A DNA stretch of 64,000 nucleotides from an uncultured Candidatus Saccharibacteria bacterium (GCA_964424265.1 CAYRHX010000001.1:128498-192497); one strand, 5' to 3'. Positions 49,001-58,574 are shown, numbered from the stretch's first letter. The notes: generated by a model not told the origin, from the letters alone. Made by a program: numbers and translations.

Positions 49001-52000
49001 CATTCTGAAGCACTTGGCCTGCGAGGCACACAATGACGCACTCGCCATTTTGAAGTGTCTGGCCAGCTGGGCAAATCAAAACGCATGTGCCATTTTGACG
49101 TGTTTGACCAGCGGGACACGCAACGTCTGTCACCACCACATTCACCCACAGGGAGCAGTTGTTGTTTTCTCCTAGATCTTCGTCGGGTCCTTCGTAAACG
49201 GAACCTGTGTTGGTAGCGGAGCTCTTGTCTGCACATGCTCTCACTGAGGATGTGCCTGTTGACGTGAAGATGTATGAACTGGAGATGCTGCCACTGGCTC
49301 CCGACGCGAGAGCGGATATGAATACGGGAGAAAGGCCTGTGATAGAGCCTCCGCCGTCTGCCGCGGTAGCTACTTGGAAGAAGTTTTGGAATCCACTTCC
49401 TGTCGAATGGGCTCCACGATTTGTGATGACGGCAGAGAGTGTGGTTGATGCGTTGCGGGTTGTCGTTGCGGGGCTTGTGTTGAGGGCGGTGAGGTCGGGG
49501 TAGAGGTCGTCGATGGTCGCAACCTCCACATTCACCCACGCGGAACAATTATTGCCTTCGTAGGGTCCTTCGTTGTTTGATCCAGGATCATTCGCATAAC
49601 TTTTGTCCGCACACACTCGCGTGGAGTATATACCGGCAGATGTGAATGTGTGCGGAAGATAAATGTCGCGACTTGTTCCTGGCGCAAGCGGAAGAGAAGT
49701 GGCAGACGCGAGGTTGGTAATGGCAATGTCGCCTCCGCCATTTGCACCTAAAGCTACCTGAAATAAATTCTTGAAGCTGTTGCCTGCCAGGGCGCCTCCT
49801 TGATTTGTAATGGTGGCTGAGAGTGTGACAGAAACACCGACCGTTGCAGATGTTGGACTCGTATTAAAGGCTACGAGATCTGGATATATGGAGACACATC
49901 CTTCACCATCCTTGGTAAATCCAGAAGAGCACGTGTACTCACATTTGGATGCTTCGCTAGGCACACTACAGTCGTAGACAAGCTTTCTGGGCGTGTCTGA
50001 GGCGAGACCATCGGCGTCTCCTCCGCAGAGATTCGCGTTGGAGGGGGCGGAGCCGGTGCAGGAGTAGGTGATAGCGACACACGCGCCATCTTGAAGTACG
50101 TATCCGGAAGAACATGTGTATTCACATTTTGTTGACGGACTGCAACTGGATACAAGAGTGCGAGGGGTACTCGTAGCGAGCTCAACGTCGTCGCCTGTGC
50201 AAATATTTGAATTCGAGGGAGTTGCTCCGGTGCAAGCGCAACTCCCAACTGTGGAGGTAGCCCCCGCTGCTATATATGTAATCACGACAAGACCAGAACC
50301 GCCGGAAGTGCCGTTGCTATAGCCAGCTGTCGCCTGAGCTCCCATACCAACACCGGGAACATACGAGGAGTCCGTCATGTTCGCGGCATTGCGGCCACTC
50401 CCCGCGATGAGAGTTGCTCCGACCCCATATCCAGAACCACCGCCGCCACTTCCCACCTGTGCGCCACTGTCGACTCCATTTCCGCCACCACCCCCAAAAT
50501 ATCCTCCTCCGCCGCCACCACCACCATAACTCCTCGCACCACCGCCCGAGCCAGAACCTCCCTGAAGCGCGCTCCCAGATGACCAGCCTCCTCCACCTGC
50601 AGATTGCGTGCCACCAGTACCGCTCAAAGATGCTGCGCCACCACTCGCTCCACCACCGGGACCTGCATTACTTGCAGATCCTTGATCTCCTACTCCTCCC
50701 GATCCGCCTCCCCCTCCTGCAATGATGAGCGCACTTGCCTGAGAAACAGCACCTCGAAATACTCCCGAGTAGCCTCCACCCCCACCACCGCTTGTACACG
50801 GGACCCGGAAATTACATGCCACAGCTCCGCCTACTCCGCCTCCCGGTGAACCGCCCGCCCCCGGCGCAAAATCTCCGAGTTGTGAGGTTTTACCACCTTT
50901 TCCAGAATCACCCACGGCAATTGTAAGGGTCTCACCTGCTGTCACGCTGAGAGTGCGCTGTGCAAATCCACCTCCACCCCCAATGCCGCCCGTTACACCA
51001 CTCGCGCCCCCTCCACCTCCTCCTGCTCCCCATGCTTTCACGGTAACATTTGTCACGCCTGTGGGAACGACAAATGAGTGCACACCTATCGTAGAAAAAG
51101 TCCTAGTGTCGGAAGAGGTCGTCGATACTGACTGAGAACAGGAAGGTCCGGGGGGAGGAGTGACGACACACACACCGCCTTCATTGGTATATCCAGCAGC
51201 GCATGTGTATCTAATGTCAACGAGGCCAGTGCCTCCAGCAGTTCCGCTTGCCTGAGCTCCCATACCAACACCAGGAACATACGAAGAGTCCGTCATGTTC
51301 GCGGCATTGCGGCCACTCCCCGCAACGAGAGTTGCTCCGACCCCATATCCAGAACCGCCGCCGCCGCTTCCTACCTGATAACTAAAATCTACTCCATTCC
51401 CGCCTCCACCGCCAAAGTATCCACCACCACCACCGCCACCGCCATAATTTGTTCCTCTTGTGCCAGCTCCCCCCGATAGAACGCTCCCGGAGTACGAACC
51501 TCCAGCCAATTGTGTCCCGCCAAAGCCATGTTGCTCTACAAACGAGCTGTTTACACCAGATGAACCTCCTCCTGCTCCGCCATTGCTTGCATAAGCATAA
51601 TTTCCGGTACCCCCTGAGCCGCCGCCGCCGCCAGCAATCAATAGTGCGCCGGCTTGTGATACGGTGCCACGAAAGACCCCTGAATATCCTCCCCCTCCTC
51701 CTCCGGTCGAACACAAGATCGCATTTTGACAACCTGCGTAAGAAGCTCCTGGAGCGCCTCCTGGAGCGCCTCCTGCTCCCGCAATGTTTGAAAGAGTGCT
51801 ACCGCCTTTACCGGAATCGCCGACGGCAATGGTGAGCGTCTCGCCCGATGTCACGCTAAAAGTGCGCTGCGCAAATCCACCGCCGCCGCCATATCCACTT
51901 GCGGCGCCATTACCCCCTCCTGATCCTCCACCAGCGCCCCACGCTTTCACGGTAATTTCTGTGACCCCAACAGGAACAACGAAGGTGCGCGTGCCTGGTG

Positions 52001-52142
52001 TTGAGAAAATACTTGCGGCAAACGCGGAGGAAGGCGCTAATATCGCCGCTATAAAAACAAGCGCAACACCTACCAAAAAGAAATTCTCTGAAATGTGATC
52101 GACGACCGCTGAGATGTAACCATGCCTCACACGCTTGATCAT
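46059..52142 (-). CDS. giant (2027-aa) cell-surface protein: N-terminal TM/signal, two glycine-rich modules, tandem CARDB-like and Cys-rich (CPAGQxxQNGxCV) repeat units, C-terminal Ig-like domain
   Basis: One uninterrupted ORF. Repeated protein blocks YPDLTALNTSPATTTRNASTTLSA...SVRACADKSSATNTGSVYEGPDEDLGENNNCSLWVNVVVTDVACPAGQTRQNG. Gly-rich GGGSGGG...GFAQRT(F/L)SVT(S/A)GETLTIAVGDSGKGG occurs twice. Confidence 0.8.
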   Translation of the reverse strand: MIKRVRHGYISAVVDHISENFFLVGVALVFIAAILAPSSAFAASIFSTPGTRTFVVPVGVTEITVKAWGAGGGSGGGNGAASGYGGGGGFAQRTFSVTSGETLTIAVGDSGKGGSTLSNIAGAGGAPGGAPGASYAGCQNAILCSTGGGGGGYSGVFRGTVSQAGALLIAGGGGGSGGTGNYAYASNGGAGGGSSGVNSSFVEQHGFGGTQLAGGSYSGSVLSGGAGTRGTNYGGGGGGGGYFGGGGGNGVDFSYQVGSGGGGSGYGVGATLVAGSGRNAANMTDSSYVPGVGMGAQASGTAGGTGLVDIRYTCAAGYTNEGGVCVVTPPPGPSCSQSVSTTSSDTRTFSTIGVHSFVVPTGVTNVTVKAWGAGGGGGGASGVTGGIGGGGGFAQRTLSVTAGETLTIAVGDSGKGGKTSQLGDFAPGAGGSPGGGVGGAVACNFRVPCTSGGGGGGYSGVFRGAVSQASALIIAGGGGGSGGVGDQGSASNAGPGGGASGGAASLSGTGGTQSAGGGGWSSGSALQGGSGSGGGARSYGGGGGGGGYFGGGGGNGVDSGAQVGSGGGGSGYGVGATLIAGSGRNAANMTDSSYVPGVGMGAQATAGYSNGTSGGSGLVVITYIAAGATSTVGSCACTGATPSNSNICTGDDVELATSTPRTLVSSCSPSTKCEYTCSSGYVLQDGACVAITYSCTGSAPSNANLCGGDADGLASDTPRKLVYDCSVPSEASKCEYTCSSGFTKDGEGCVSIYPDLVAFNTSPTSATVGVSVTLSATITNQGGALAGNSFKNLFQVALGANGGGDIAITNLASATSLPLAPGTSRDIYLPHTFTSAGIYSTRVCADKSYANDPGSNNEGPYEGNNCSAWVNVEVATIDDLYPDLTALNTSPATTTRNASTTLSAVITNRGAHSTGSGFQNFFQVATAADGGGSITGLSPVFISALASGASGSISSSYIFTSTGTSSVRACADKSSATNTGSVYEGPDEDLGENNNCSLWVNVVVTDVACPAGQTRQNGTCVLICPAGQTLQNGECVIVCLAGQVLQNGSCVDDGCPAGQVLQNGSCVPDTCTLVGFCENGQYQEVVGNTSACTLRPSGRLCNDLYPDLTAINTSPTATIRNASTTLSATIVNQGGAPTGSQNFYNFFQVATAPDGGGAITGLVANSLPPLVEGSSDDISRSYIFTSTGTYSVRACADKSSATNTGSVYEGPDEDLGENNNCSLWVNVVVTDVACPAGQTRQNGECVIVCPAGQVLQNGACVCNRQPYCDAATDTQNDVDVESCTYVYGGQCNPIPCSKTAYCDANTDTFYEVDATVCAYVYGGQCNPHYPDLTALNTSPATTTRNASTTLSADITNRGGAPTGSGFYNFFQVATAADGGGAITGLSPVFISALTSGASGSISSPYTFTSAGTYSVRACADKSSATNTGSVYEGPDEDLGENNNCSLWVNVVVTDVACPAGQTRQNGTCVLICPAGQTLQNGECVIVCPAGQVLQNGACVCNRQPYCDAETYIQQEINDACQPYPSGLRCDPIYPDLTAINTSPTATIRNASTTLSATIVNQGGAPTGSQNFYNFFQVATAPDGGGAITGLVANSLPPLVEGSSDDISRSYIFTSTGTSSVRACADKSSATDTGSVREGLTATSTNENNNCSDWVNVVVRDTQSCTKQPYCDANADGVNGVQNDVDPVACAYVYGGQCNPIPECLLKRGYCEVSTNTYFAVDSDTPDCKYVKAGYCTPPECRGYIPEHAASCPGDENVTSDSGRVLVSSCTPSKKCEYYCSPGYVKQGGECVSQYSCTGATPSNTNICTGDAAGLTANTPRTVALSCGTPKCQYTCSAGYELYADGVCRFGQCPVGYRQEGTGGSLSCRFDRCPEGWTESFDQILNQTRCTPPQGCFNRCGDVNQGEDHDDIINQCQSGSRRVYQCTNGCTLGGCNGTPPPSITEWLVTPLLIRAGNQVQVRWQTANTQLCTVVSANGDSWSGTEGSGGTVLSSQTVFTITCEGLPGSSPSSVSRSSTVNILPAFQER
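47190..49560. repeat. near-identical tandem DNA repeats (~670-675 bp period, at least 3 copies) inside the giant gene
   Basis: String CACCCACAGGGAGCAGTTGTTGTTTTCTCCTAGATCTTCGTCGGGTCC recurs near 47795, 48470 and 49144. Long stretches are identical between copies. Confidence 0.75.
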
Positions 52143-52152
52143 AATATAGGGT

Positions 52153-53010
52153 TCATTGTACCGTGCCTGATTCGACTTTCATTTCGATAGTGTGCATATT
52201 GTTCGCGACAGCACCCCTAAATGCGTCGAGGCCCTGCCCAGCTATCTTCGGATCATTACCCGGATACGCCACGAGCCACTCATACTCGGTCACATCAACT
52301 ACCGCTGCCTGCGCTTTTTTCACCGCTTTCAGCGCTTCCTCATAGCGGCCAAGCTCGAAAAGCGCGGTCGCATACGAATTGAGCAACCACGGATTCTCCG
52401 GAAAGTATTTGAGTCCCCTTTCGATCGCATCGGCAGCTTTTTGGAATTTTTCCGATTTCAAAAGTACCCACGCCAAGTCGTTGATCGCGGCCCAATTGTT
52501 GGGATCAGATTTGAGGTAGATTTCATAATCCTTTGCAGACTGAGTGTACTCTCCCATATATCCTTCGATAAGCCCGCGAATATAGTACGAGGATGGGGAT
52601 GGCGAAGCGTTGAGATCAAGCTCTTTATTGATGTGCCACATCGCACTGTGGAAATCCCCTCTCAAAAACGCGACTCGTGCGAGTTGGTGGTGCACGTATG
52701 GAAGCCTCGGATCAAGCGCGAGTGACTTCTTATACCAATGCTCAGCCCGACCGATATCATATTGACGAGAGTTGAACGCTCGAAAGTGTATGTCGCCATA
52801 TTCGTACGCTCGCTGCGCAGAAGGCCGAATCGCAAACATCACATCATTGATCGCGCGTCTTGGAATGTCATAGACGAAAAAAAAGACTGCAACGACACAT
52901 GTTGTGAATAACGCGACTATAAAATGCCACTCCTTCGGAATTTCGTGGAATATAGATTGATAATTTCTCTTCATACTTAACTTGCGTAGAGAGACGAACG
53001 TACCAAACAT
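52153..53010 (-). CDS. membrane-anchored tetratricopeptide-repeat protein
   Basis: N-terminal TM, then several TPR-like 34-aa repeats (W/LG/Y/A/F/A/P pattern). Confidence 0.7.
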   Translation of the reverse strand: MFGTFVSLRKLSMKRNYQSIFHEIPKEWHFIVALFTTCVVAVFFFVYDIPRRAINDVMFAIRPSAQRAYEYGDIHFRAFNSRQYDIGRAEHWYKKSLALDPRLPYVHHQLARVAFLRGDFHSAMWHINKELDLNASPSPSSYYIRGLIEGYMGEYTQSAKDYEIYLKSDPNNWAAINDLAWVLLKSEKFQKAADAIERGLKYFPENPWLLNSYATALFELGRYEEALKAVKKAQAAVVDVTEYEWLVAYPGNDPKIAGQGLDAFRGAVANNMHTIEMKVESGTVQ

Positions 53011-53070
53011 CTAGCAAATGCGTCTCTTTCCAGCGACATACTGCTCGCTGGAGTCGTAGATATCTGGACT

Positions 53071-54279
53071 TTACATTGCTCCATTCATTACATTGGGGTC
53101 GTAATATATCTTATCCGATTTATGCGAGACAAGGTCGATACATTCATACGTCCTGTAAAAAGGAAGCGTCTTGCATATATCGTGAAGGGCTTGTATGTAC
53201 AACTCATTACCCCTTGATCGGTCAATGGAATAGGCAATCCTAGTCGCAACTACCGCCGTACACATTACTCGTTCTGCAGGACTGCTCGTTTCAGCACACA
53301 TTCCACTCACATCTTCATACTGTACGGCCCTCGTGGCACGACCTGCAATAAACTTGACGCACGCCATTCGATAGCGGTCGTTTTCAATCTGTTTGCAGTA
53401 ACGCATATTCTTAGTGAAATCATCTGGAGTCAGATTAAAATTCTCAAAAAACGCAGAGTGTTGTCCATAACATGCAACTTTGTATTTTTCATCTACAGAA
53501 TCACATACTTTAAACGTCATTCGCCCGTCTTTTACCTCGACCATGTCTCGTGTCGCGAAATCTTGTGCCATCTCCATAAACACTCCCATATAACATGAGT
53601 AGTTCTTTACAGGATCGCTGGTGACATTGTCGCATACATAGAGAGCGTCGTCGGTCGCATATTCTAATTGGACAAACGCTGCATGCCCCATGCCATGGAA
53701 GCAATCGATCGCATTTTTCAGCCCCGGTTCCTTGCACACATTCGAAAGTATCTTCACCAACATTTCTTTATCGTTCGTCTGTTTAGAGTACTCTTCTATC
53801 ACGCCGTGAAAATACCCGTTGCCACACGTGGATACATTCTTGAAGTAGGCATCTTCAGACATCGTCGCAAAGGCTTTCCCGATGTCTCCTTTGTTAACTT
53901 GCAACTGCGCATGCCCAATGCCGTGTGATACATAGTGGCAATCTTCAACGAAGCTTTTACTCTCCTTTTGCAAAAGCGCGAGATGCGAGAATGATCTCCT
54001 AACACCGTGCGTAAGCGTGTATTCGATATAAAAATCCCTTAGACAGTCTTGTGTTCTCTTATTCGCAAGGGCGCCTCGTGTCTGTTTGCATTTGTTGATA
54101 TGCTCCCATTCAGCGTCAGTGATGGCGATACTGCCTACAACCGATTCTTGAGCAGTAATCCTGGAATAGTAGTAAGCGAGACTCTCCTTGGGGACGAAAG
54201 TCCGATAACAGTAGCCCGATAAAATACCCACCACTAGGAGGCCGAGCACGACTACCCACTTGCTGACCTGCTTGAACAT
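53071..54279 (-). CDS. membrane-anchored Cys/His-rich protein with repeated C..HGxGHA motifs (paralog A)
   Basis: N-terminal TM. CHYVSHGIGHA, CGNGYFHGVIEE, CFHGMGHAA, CYMGVFME. Paralogous to 55891..57126. Confidence 0.6.
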   Translation of the reverse strand: MFKQVSKWVVVLGLLVVGILSGYCYRTFVPKESLAYYYSRITAQESVVGSIAITDAEWEHINKCKQTRGALANKRTQDCLRDFYIEYTLTHGVRRSFSHLALLQKESKSFVEDCHYVSHGIGHAQLQVNKGDIGKAFATMSEDAYFKNVSTCGNGYFHGVIEEYSKQTNDKEMLVKILSNVCKEPGLKNAIDCFHGMGHAAFVQLEYATDDALYVCDNVTSDPVKNYSCYMGVFMEMAQDFATRDMVEVKDGRMTFKVCDSVDEKYKVACYGQHSAFFENFNLTPDDFTKNMRYCKQIENDRYRMACVKFIAGRATRAVQYEDVSGMCAETSSPAERVMCTAVVATRIAYSIDRSRGNELYIQALHDICKTLPFYRTYECIDLVSHKSDKIYYDPNVMNGAM

Positions 54280-54336
54280 GATCGTATACTACCACTCTCG
54301 AATCAGAGGACGTGAGTCAGCCTAATGCAATATGCG

Positions 54337-55584
54337 CTAGATCTTGAGACCCTCTGCTGAGAGAAAATCCCGAAATTGCGCATCTTGTTTTGCAATTTCC
54401 AACATATCCTGACGAGCGAGATCCCGTGACCCTCCGGACGTTTTTAGTATTTGAATATAGTCTGTAAATAATCTCCTCATTTCTTGATTATATTGAAATT
54501 TCGTCTTAAAGCCTTCTATGTCCCTCAGAACACGTGAGACGTCATGATTTACAACTTTATCGTTGGCATTAAAGAGAAACGCTGCGTAATTCACATCCAA
54601 GATTACCTTAGAAAATAAGAGGATGTCCTCGTCGGAAAGGATGTTGGCTGCAATAGATGCGTAAGCCTGATCGAAAGATTGTTTTGCTTGATCTTCCGTA
54701 ACGATATCAAATCGAGCAAGTATCCCGACCCCTAATGCATAGTCGACGAGCGGTCTTACGTCATTTTCGGATTTTGAGTTCGTAAGTTTAGTTGTCGAAG
54801 CGGTGGGAAATATTCGCATGAGCTCCAAGCTCTCATCGACAATTTTCGACTTTAGGCCAAGGTCTTCGACTACCCCCTGGCGATAGAGTAACTGGGCGAG
54901 GCTAAGAATCTTTATGCTGACCATGTAATTATCGCGCGGCAAGTCATCACGACTAAAAAGATGGTCATTTATATAGAGCGTCGATGCAATGCGCTTATCT
55001 GTGGAGTACTTCTGGATAAGGGTTTTCAATTGCGGTTCATTCGCGAAACGAGAGTCTAAGAATGAATTCGGGTCAATGTTGTAGATGAAATTGATTACAT
55101 AAACGTAGAATCTTCGCAAATATCTTGGGTTTCTTTTGTCTTTCTGAGCCGCTTCGGCGATACTAAAGATGCCATCGTAAAGTCCATCGTACGCCTCGAC
55201 CATCATCGCCTTTCTTTTTATCGGATCACTCGTATTGGTAAACGCAACGGAAGCGAGTTTTTTGTAGTACATGGCTCTTTTAAACAACAATTCAGTCTCG
55301 GTATCAACTCCTGCAGAATTCTTCAGGTCCACCTCCATCTTCGCCAACTCCTCCTCGAGGTACTTATACTTCGTACCCGTCTCCGTCCCTTGAAGATTTC
55401 TGAAAGTATCGCTAGTAGGAATACGACTATTGATGAAATCACTTGTAACGATACTCTGTAAATCATCCAGGGAGACTTCCCGCGTAATACTAGACTGCGA
55501 CACGATGTGATACGCGAATCCCGCCACACCCACAAGGATGGCGATGATCGCAATGTATATTGATATTCTTGGAGAATTATTCAT
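54337..55584 (-). CDS. hypothetical membrane-anchored protein
   Basis: N-terminal TM then a 390-aa helical-looking domain. No recognisable motifs. Confidence 0.5.
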   Translation of the reverse strand: MNNSPRISIYIAIIAILVGVAGFAYHIVSQSSITREVSLDDLQSIVTSDFINSRIPTSDTFRNLQGTETGTKYKYLEEELAKMEVDLKNSAGVDTETELLFKRAMYYKKLASVAFTNTSDPIKRKAMMVEAYDGLYDGIFSIAEAAQKDKRNPRYLRRFYVYVINFIYNIDPNSFLDSRFANEPQLKTLIQKYSTDKRIASTLYINDHLFSRDDLPRDNYMVSIKILSLAQLLYRQGVVEDLGLKSKIVDESLELMRIFPTASTTKLTNSKSENDVRPLVDYALGVGILARFDIVTEDQAKQSFDQAYASIAANILSDEDILLFSKVILDVNYAAFLFNANDKVVNHDVSRVLRDIEGFKTKFQYNQEMRRLFTDYIQILKTSGGSRDLARQDMLEIAKQDAQFRDFLSAEGLKI

Positions 55585-55613
55585 GCGACCACAAATATGA
55601 GCATCGCTCGTGA

Positions 55614-55886
55614 CTACTCAGAACTGTCAGAGCTAGCACCGGCCCCACAGTCACTACTACCAGAGTCAGAGTCGGAGTCGCCACCGGTGCCACCAGAAAC
55701 GTCGCCAGCAGTGCCGCCAGCAGTGCCGCCAGCATCTGCTGAGGCTGTCTGTGTATCAAAGTCGAGTAAAATAGAGTGCTTCCTTGAAGCGTCATCCGTC
55801 TTTATCGAGATGAAAAAACCCACGATGAGCGCTGCCCCCGTTAGGATTCCGAATCGGACCAGCTTGGAGAGTTTGCGAACATTCAT
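55614..55886 (-). CDS. small membrane-anchored peptide with Gly/Ser/Asp-rich acidic tail
   Basis: MNVRKLSKLVRFGILTGAALIVGFFISIK... then GGTAGGTAGDVSGGTGGDSDSDSGSSDCGAGASSDSSE. Sits between the two Cys/His-rich paralogs. Confidence 0.4.
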   Translation of the reverse strand: MNVRKLSKLVRFGILTGAALIVGFFISIKTDDASRKHSILLDFDTQTASADAGGTAGGTAGDVSGGTGGDSDSDSGSSDCGAGASSDSSE

Positions 55887-55890
55887 ACCA

Positions 55891-57126
55891 TTACAGCCAT
55901 GCTACCAAGTGATACCACTTTGACAACTCATCAACTGTAGAGAACCGCAAATCTTTTTCAGATGTAAAGAAAAGGCGACTCCTATCGACAAAGACGAGAT
56001 GCTTGCATTCTCGCGCATAGAGAGGATTGAGCGTATCGCACACATACTTCACAACGGATTGATAATCCTCACTTTTCCGAGCACTGTCCATTGAACCTCC
56101 GATTCTATCTGCCATCACTGCAGTACACATGACACGCTCTTGAGCAGAAGTGATATTAAGGCACATCTCATATATTTCCTTGTAGTGGACCAACCTTACT
56201 GCCCTGATCGCAAAGAGCTTGACACAAGCCATACGATTGAGACCGTCTCCAATTTGCTTGCAGAAACCAATATTCCTCGTGTAATTTTTCCCTTCTTTCG
56301 AATACGACTGAAAGAATGAGGATTGCTCCAAATAACATGCCGGTTGGTATTTTTTCTCCAATGAATCACACAGGACGAAACTCATTTTTTGATTTTCCAC
56401 GCGGACTGCATCCTTAAATTCTTGACCATACTCCATAAAACCGCCCGTGTGACATCCGAATACACGGTCGGGTCTCTGTGAAATCCGATCACAAACGTAC
56501 ACCATGTCTTCAACACTGTAATCGGTCTGGATCATTGCCGCATGCCCTACTCCATGAAAACAGCCTCCGGCGTTAGAAATCTCTTTGTTATTACAAATGG
56601 GACGAAGAACCGTTACGAGATCATCTCTGTCTGCGACATCTTTTGCCATTTCTTCAATCACGCCGTGAAAGAAACCATTTCCGCATGTGACCACATTTTT
56701 GAAATAACCCCCAGACGACATGAACGTATACGCCTTATATGGATCGTCGCCGCTTAGACGAAAGACGGCATGTCCAATACCATGAGAAATATAGTGGCAG
56801 CTCGAGAGCAACTCGGGGCGCTCTTTTTGTAATCGCGCAAGATGCGCGAAGGCCCTTTCACCCCCCTGCTCCATAGCATACGTATCGTAAAAACTACGCA
56901 TACACTCCTCCACCCTACTTCCTCCCGATTTGACTTTCTGACACCGATTGATTTTCTCTAGATCTTCCGCTGTGACCTTTACGTCATCTATGATCTTCTC
57001 CTGATTTTCAATAATCGAATAGTAGCGAGCTATTTCTGCTTTCTTTATGTGCTGAGAGTACTGGAGTGCCGCGAAAGTACCGATTATTACAAAAGCCACA
57101 AAGGCAATTTCTCTTCTACTAAGCAT
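55891..57126 (-). CDS. membrane-anchored Cys/His-rich protein with repeated C..HGxGHA motifs (paralog B)
   Basis: CHYISHGIGHA, CGNGFFHGVIEE, CFHGVGHAA, CHTGGFME. Collinear with paralog A. Confidence 0.6.
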   Translation of the reverse strand: MLSRREIAFVAFVIIGTFAALQYSQHIKKAEIARYYSIIENQEKIIDDVKVTAEDLEKINRCQKVKSGGSRVEECMRSFYDTYAMEQGGERAFAHLARLQKERPELLSSCHYISHGIGHAVFRLSGDDPYKAYTFMSSGGYFKNVVTCGNGFFHGVIEEMAKDVADRDDLVTVLRPICNNKEISNAGGCFHGVGHAAMIQTDYSVEDMVYVCDRISQRPDRVFGCHTGGFMEYGQEFKDAVRVENQKMSFVLCDSLEKKYQPACYLEQSSFFQSYSKEGKNYTRNIGFCKQIGDGLNRMACVKLFAIRAVRLVHYKEIYEMCLNITSAQERVMCTAVMADRIGGSMDSARKSEDYQSVVKYVCDTLNPLYARECKHLVFVDRSRLFFTSEKDLRFSTVDELSKWYHLVAWL

Positions 57127-57167
57127 ACGACTTCCTGCGCAAGAGGATACGTATATAATAACACTGT

Positions 57168-58574
57168 ATGGTGTCCACCCTTAGGGAGAGATATTATCGA
57201 CTGTTTGCAATTCATGAGATCGAAGGGAGTGCGATTTTACAGCTCCTCTTTTATGTCATCAGCCTCTCATTTTTTGTCACGTTTTATGGGTGGGTTGAGA
57301 GAGGCTTGATTAGCATCACAACATTCGAAATCGGGACTCATATTTGTCCGCCATACTTCCCTTCGTGCGGAAATCTTTACTTCTTGGAAGCGCTTCCGTA
57401 CGGCTATAGCCAGAGCGCTTTTTACGTATTCCTTTTTCTCGTTCTCGGCTACGGCGTGTATTCCGCATACCGAAGGGATTGGGTGTCGGCCCATGCGGCA
57501 TTGTTACTGTGTCTCGTCTGGAAGATAATCTGGGCCTTTGTTCTGACGTACGGCGTAACGGGAAATTTCGACTATTATGACATGGCGTTTGCCTTCCTCT
57601 TGCTCTTCGCGCGAGAAAAAGAATACTTCGCGAAAGTCACGTTTGTATTCTTCTATGTACTCGCATCAAGTATAAAAATCGGAGACGGATGGATCTTCGC
57701 AAACTACTTCAACGGACTCTTCACCTCATCACCCATCTTCGGGCCCGCCTACTTACCCGCTTTTACCAACCTGCTCATCGTGATGCAAATGGTCGGCTGC
57801 TGGCTCCTGTTGTCGAAAAACAAGATCGTGCAGCGAAGCGCACTCGTATACTTCCTCCTCTTCCATATCTATTCGGGAATAATCGTCAACTACCGCTATA
57901 TCACTGTTTCCGTACCAACGCTCTTCGTCCTTTTCTCAAATCCGAGCGAATTTCACGTAAAACGAATAAACAGGACCACGCTCTTTGGATACCTTTTTTT
58001 GCTCTTCCTTCTTTGCAGCCAGCTTATTGCAATCCTTACCCCAGGAGATCAGAAAAAGACCTTGGAGGGCAATTACTATGGGCTGTATATGTTTGAGGCA
58101 AATCATCAATGCATTTCAGAAACGGCCATCTATCGCAAAGACGCGGAGCCTGTCGTGACGAAGCGCGAAAATCATGTCGCCAACAATCGCTGCGACCCAT
58201 ATCGATATTGGTTCCCGCTTACAACCCTGTGCGCGCGCGACGCGAGTGTTGAGCGAATAGCGTGGACCTTTGACCATTCTATCAACGGTGGCGCGTACGA
58301 ACGTATCGTAGACGTGGAAGACGCGTGCACGCTCACCTATCGGGCAATCGGCCATAACGAATGGATACAGATAGACCAGCCGAAAATCTTGGATATACCC
58401 GTATACAAAACGGGGTTTGCGAATCCTCTCGACTCGCGAATACAGGTATCTGCCGTGCCCATAAAGAATGAACCCTTACTTGAAGACATTACAACAGCTT
58501 ATTGGGCATTGTGGATCACGTCGCTCTCGTTTGCCTTTGGGGCACTTGCGTACGCGCACGTTAAAAGACAATGA
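57168..58574 (+). CDS. polytopic integral membrane protein (at least 8 TM) with Cys-containing C-terminal extracytoplasmic domain; possibly HTTM/VKGC-like
   Basis: Highly hydrophobic 468-aa product; Trp/Tyr-rich TM helices. The family guess is unverified. Confidence 0.55.
   Translation: MVSTLRERYYRLFAIHEIEGSAILQLLFYVISLSFFVTFYGWVERGLISITTFEIGTHICPPYFPSCGNLYFLEALPYGYSQSAFYVFLFLVLGYGVYSAYRRDWVSAHAALLLCLVWKIIWAFVLTYGVTGNFDYYDMAFAFLLLFAREKEYFAKVTFVFFYVLASSIKIGDGWIFANYFNGLFTSSPIFGPAYLPAFTNLLIVMQMVGCWLLLSKNKIVQRSALVYFLLFHIYSGIIVNYRYITVSVPTLFVLFSNPSEFHVKRINRTTLFGYLFLLFLLCSQLIAILTPGDQKKTLEGNYYGLYMFEANHQCISETAIYRKDAEPVVTKRENHVANNRCDPYRYWFPLTTLCARDASVERIAWTFDHSINGGAYERIVDVEDACTLTYRAIGHNEWIQIDQPKILDIPVYKTGFANPLDSRIQVSAVPIKNEPLLEDITTAYWALWITSLSFAFGALAYAHVKRQ

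Noticed and set aside
47190-49560. Regularly spaced repeats that could be mistaken for a CRISPR array
   Set aside because: The period is about 670 bp, and the repeats lie inside one continuous ORF and encode protein domains. Neither the spacing nor the absence of short palindromic repeats fits CRISPR.
46902-52098. Many plus-strand ORFs inside the giant gene (e.g. 46902..47216, 48030..48500, 50414..50725, 51784..52098)
   Set aside because: Antisense frames of a Gly/Cys-rich repeat gene give long open frames by composition alone.
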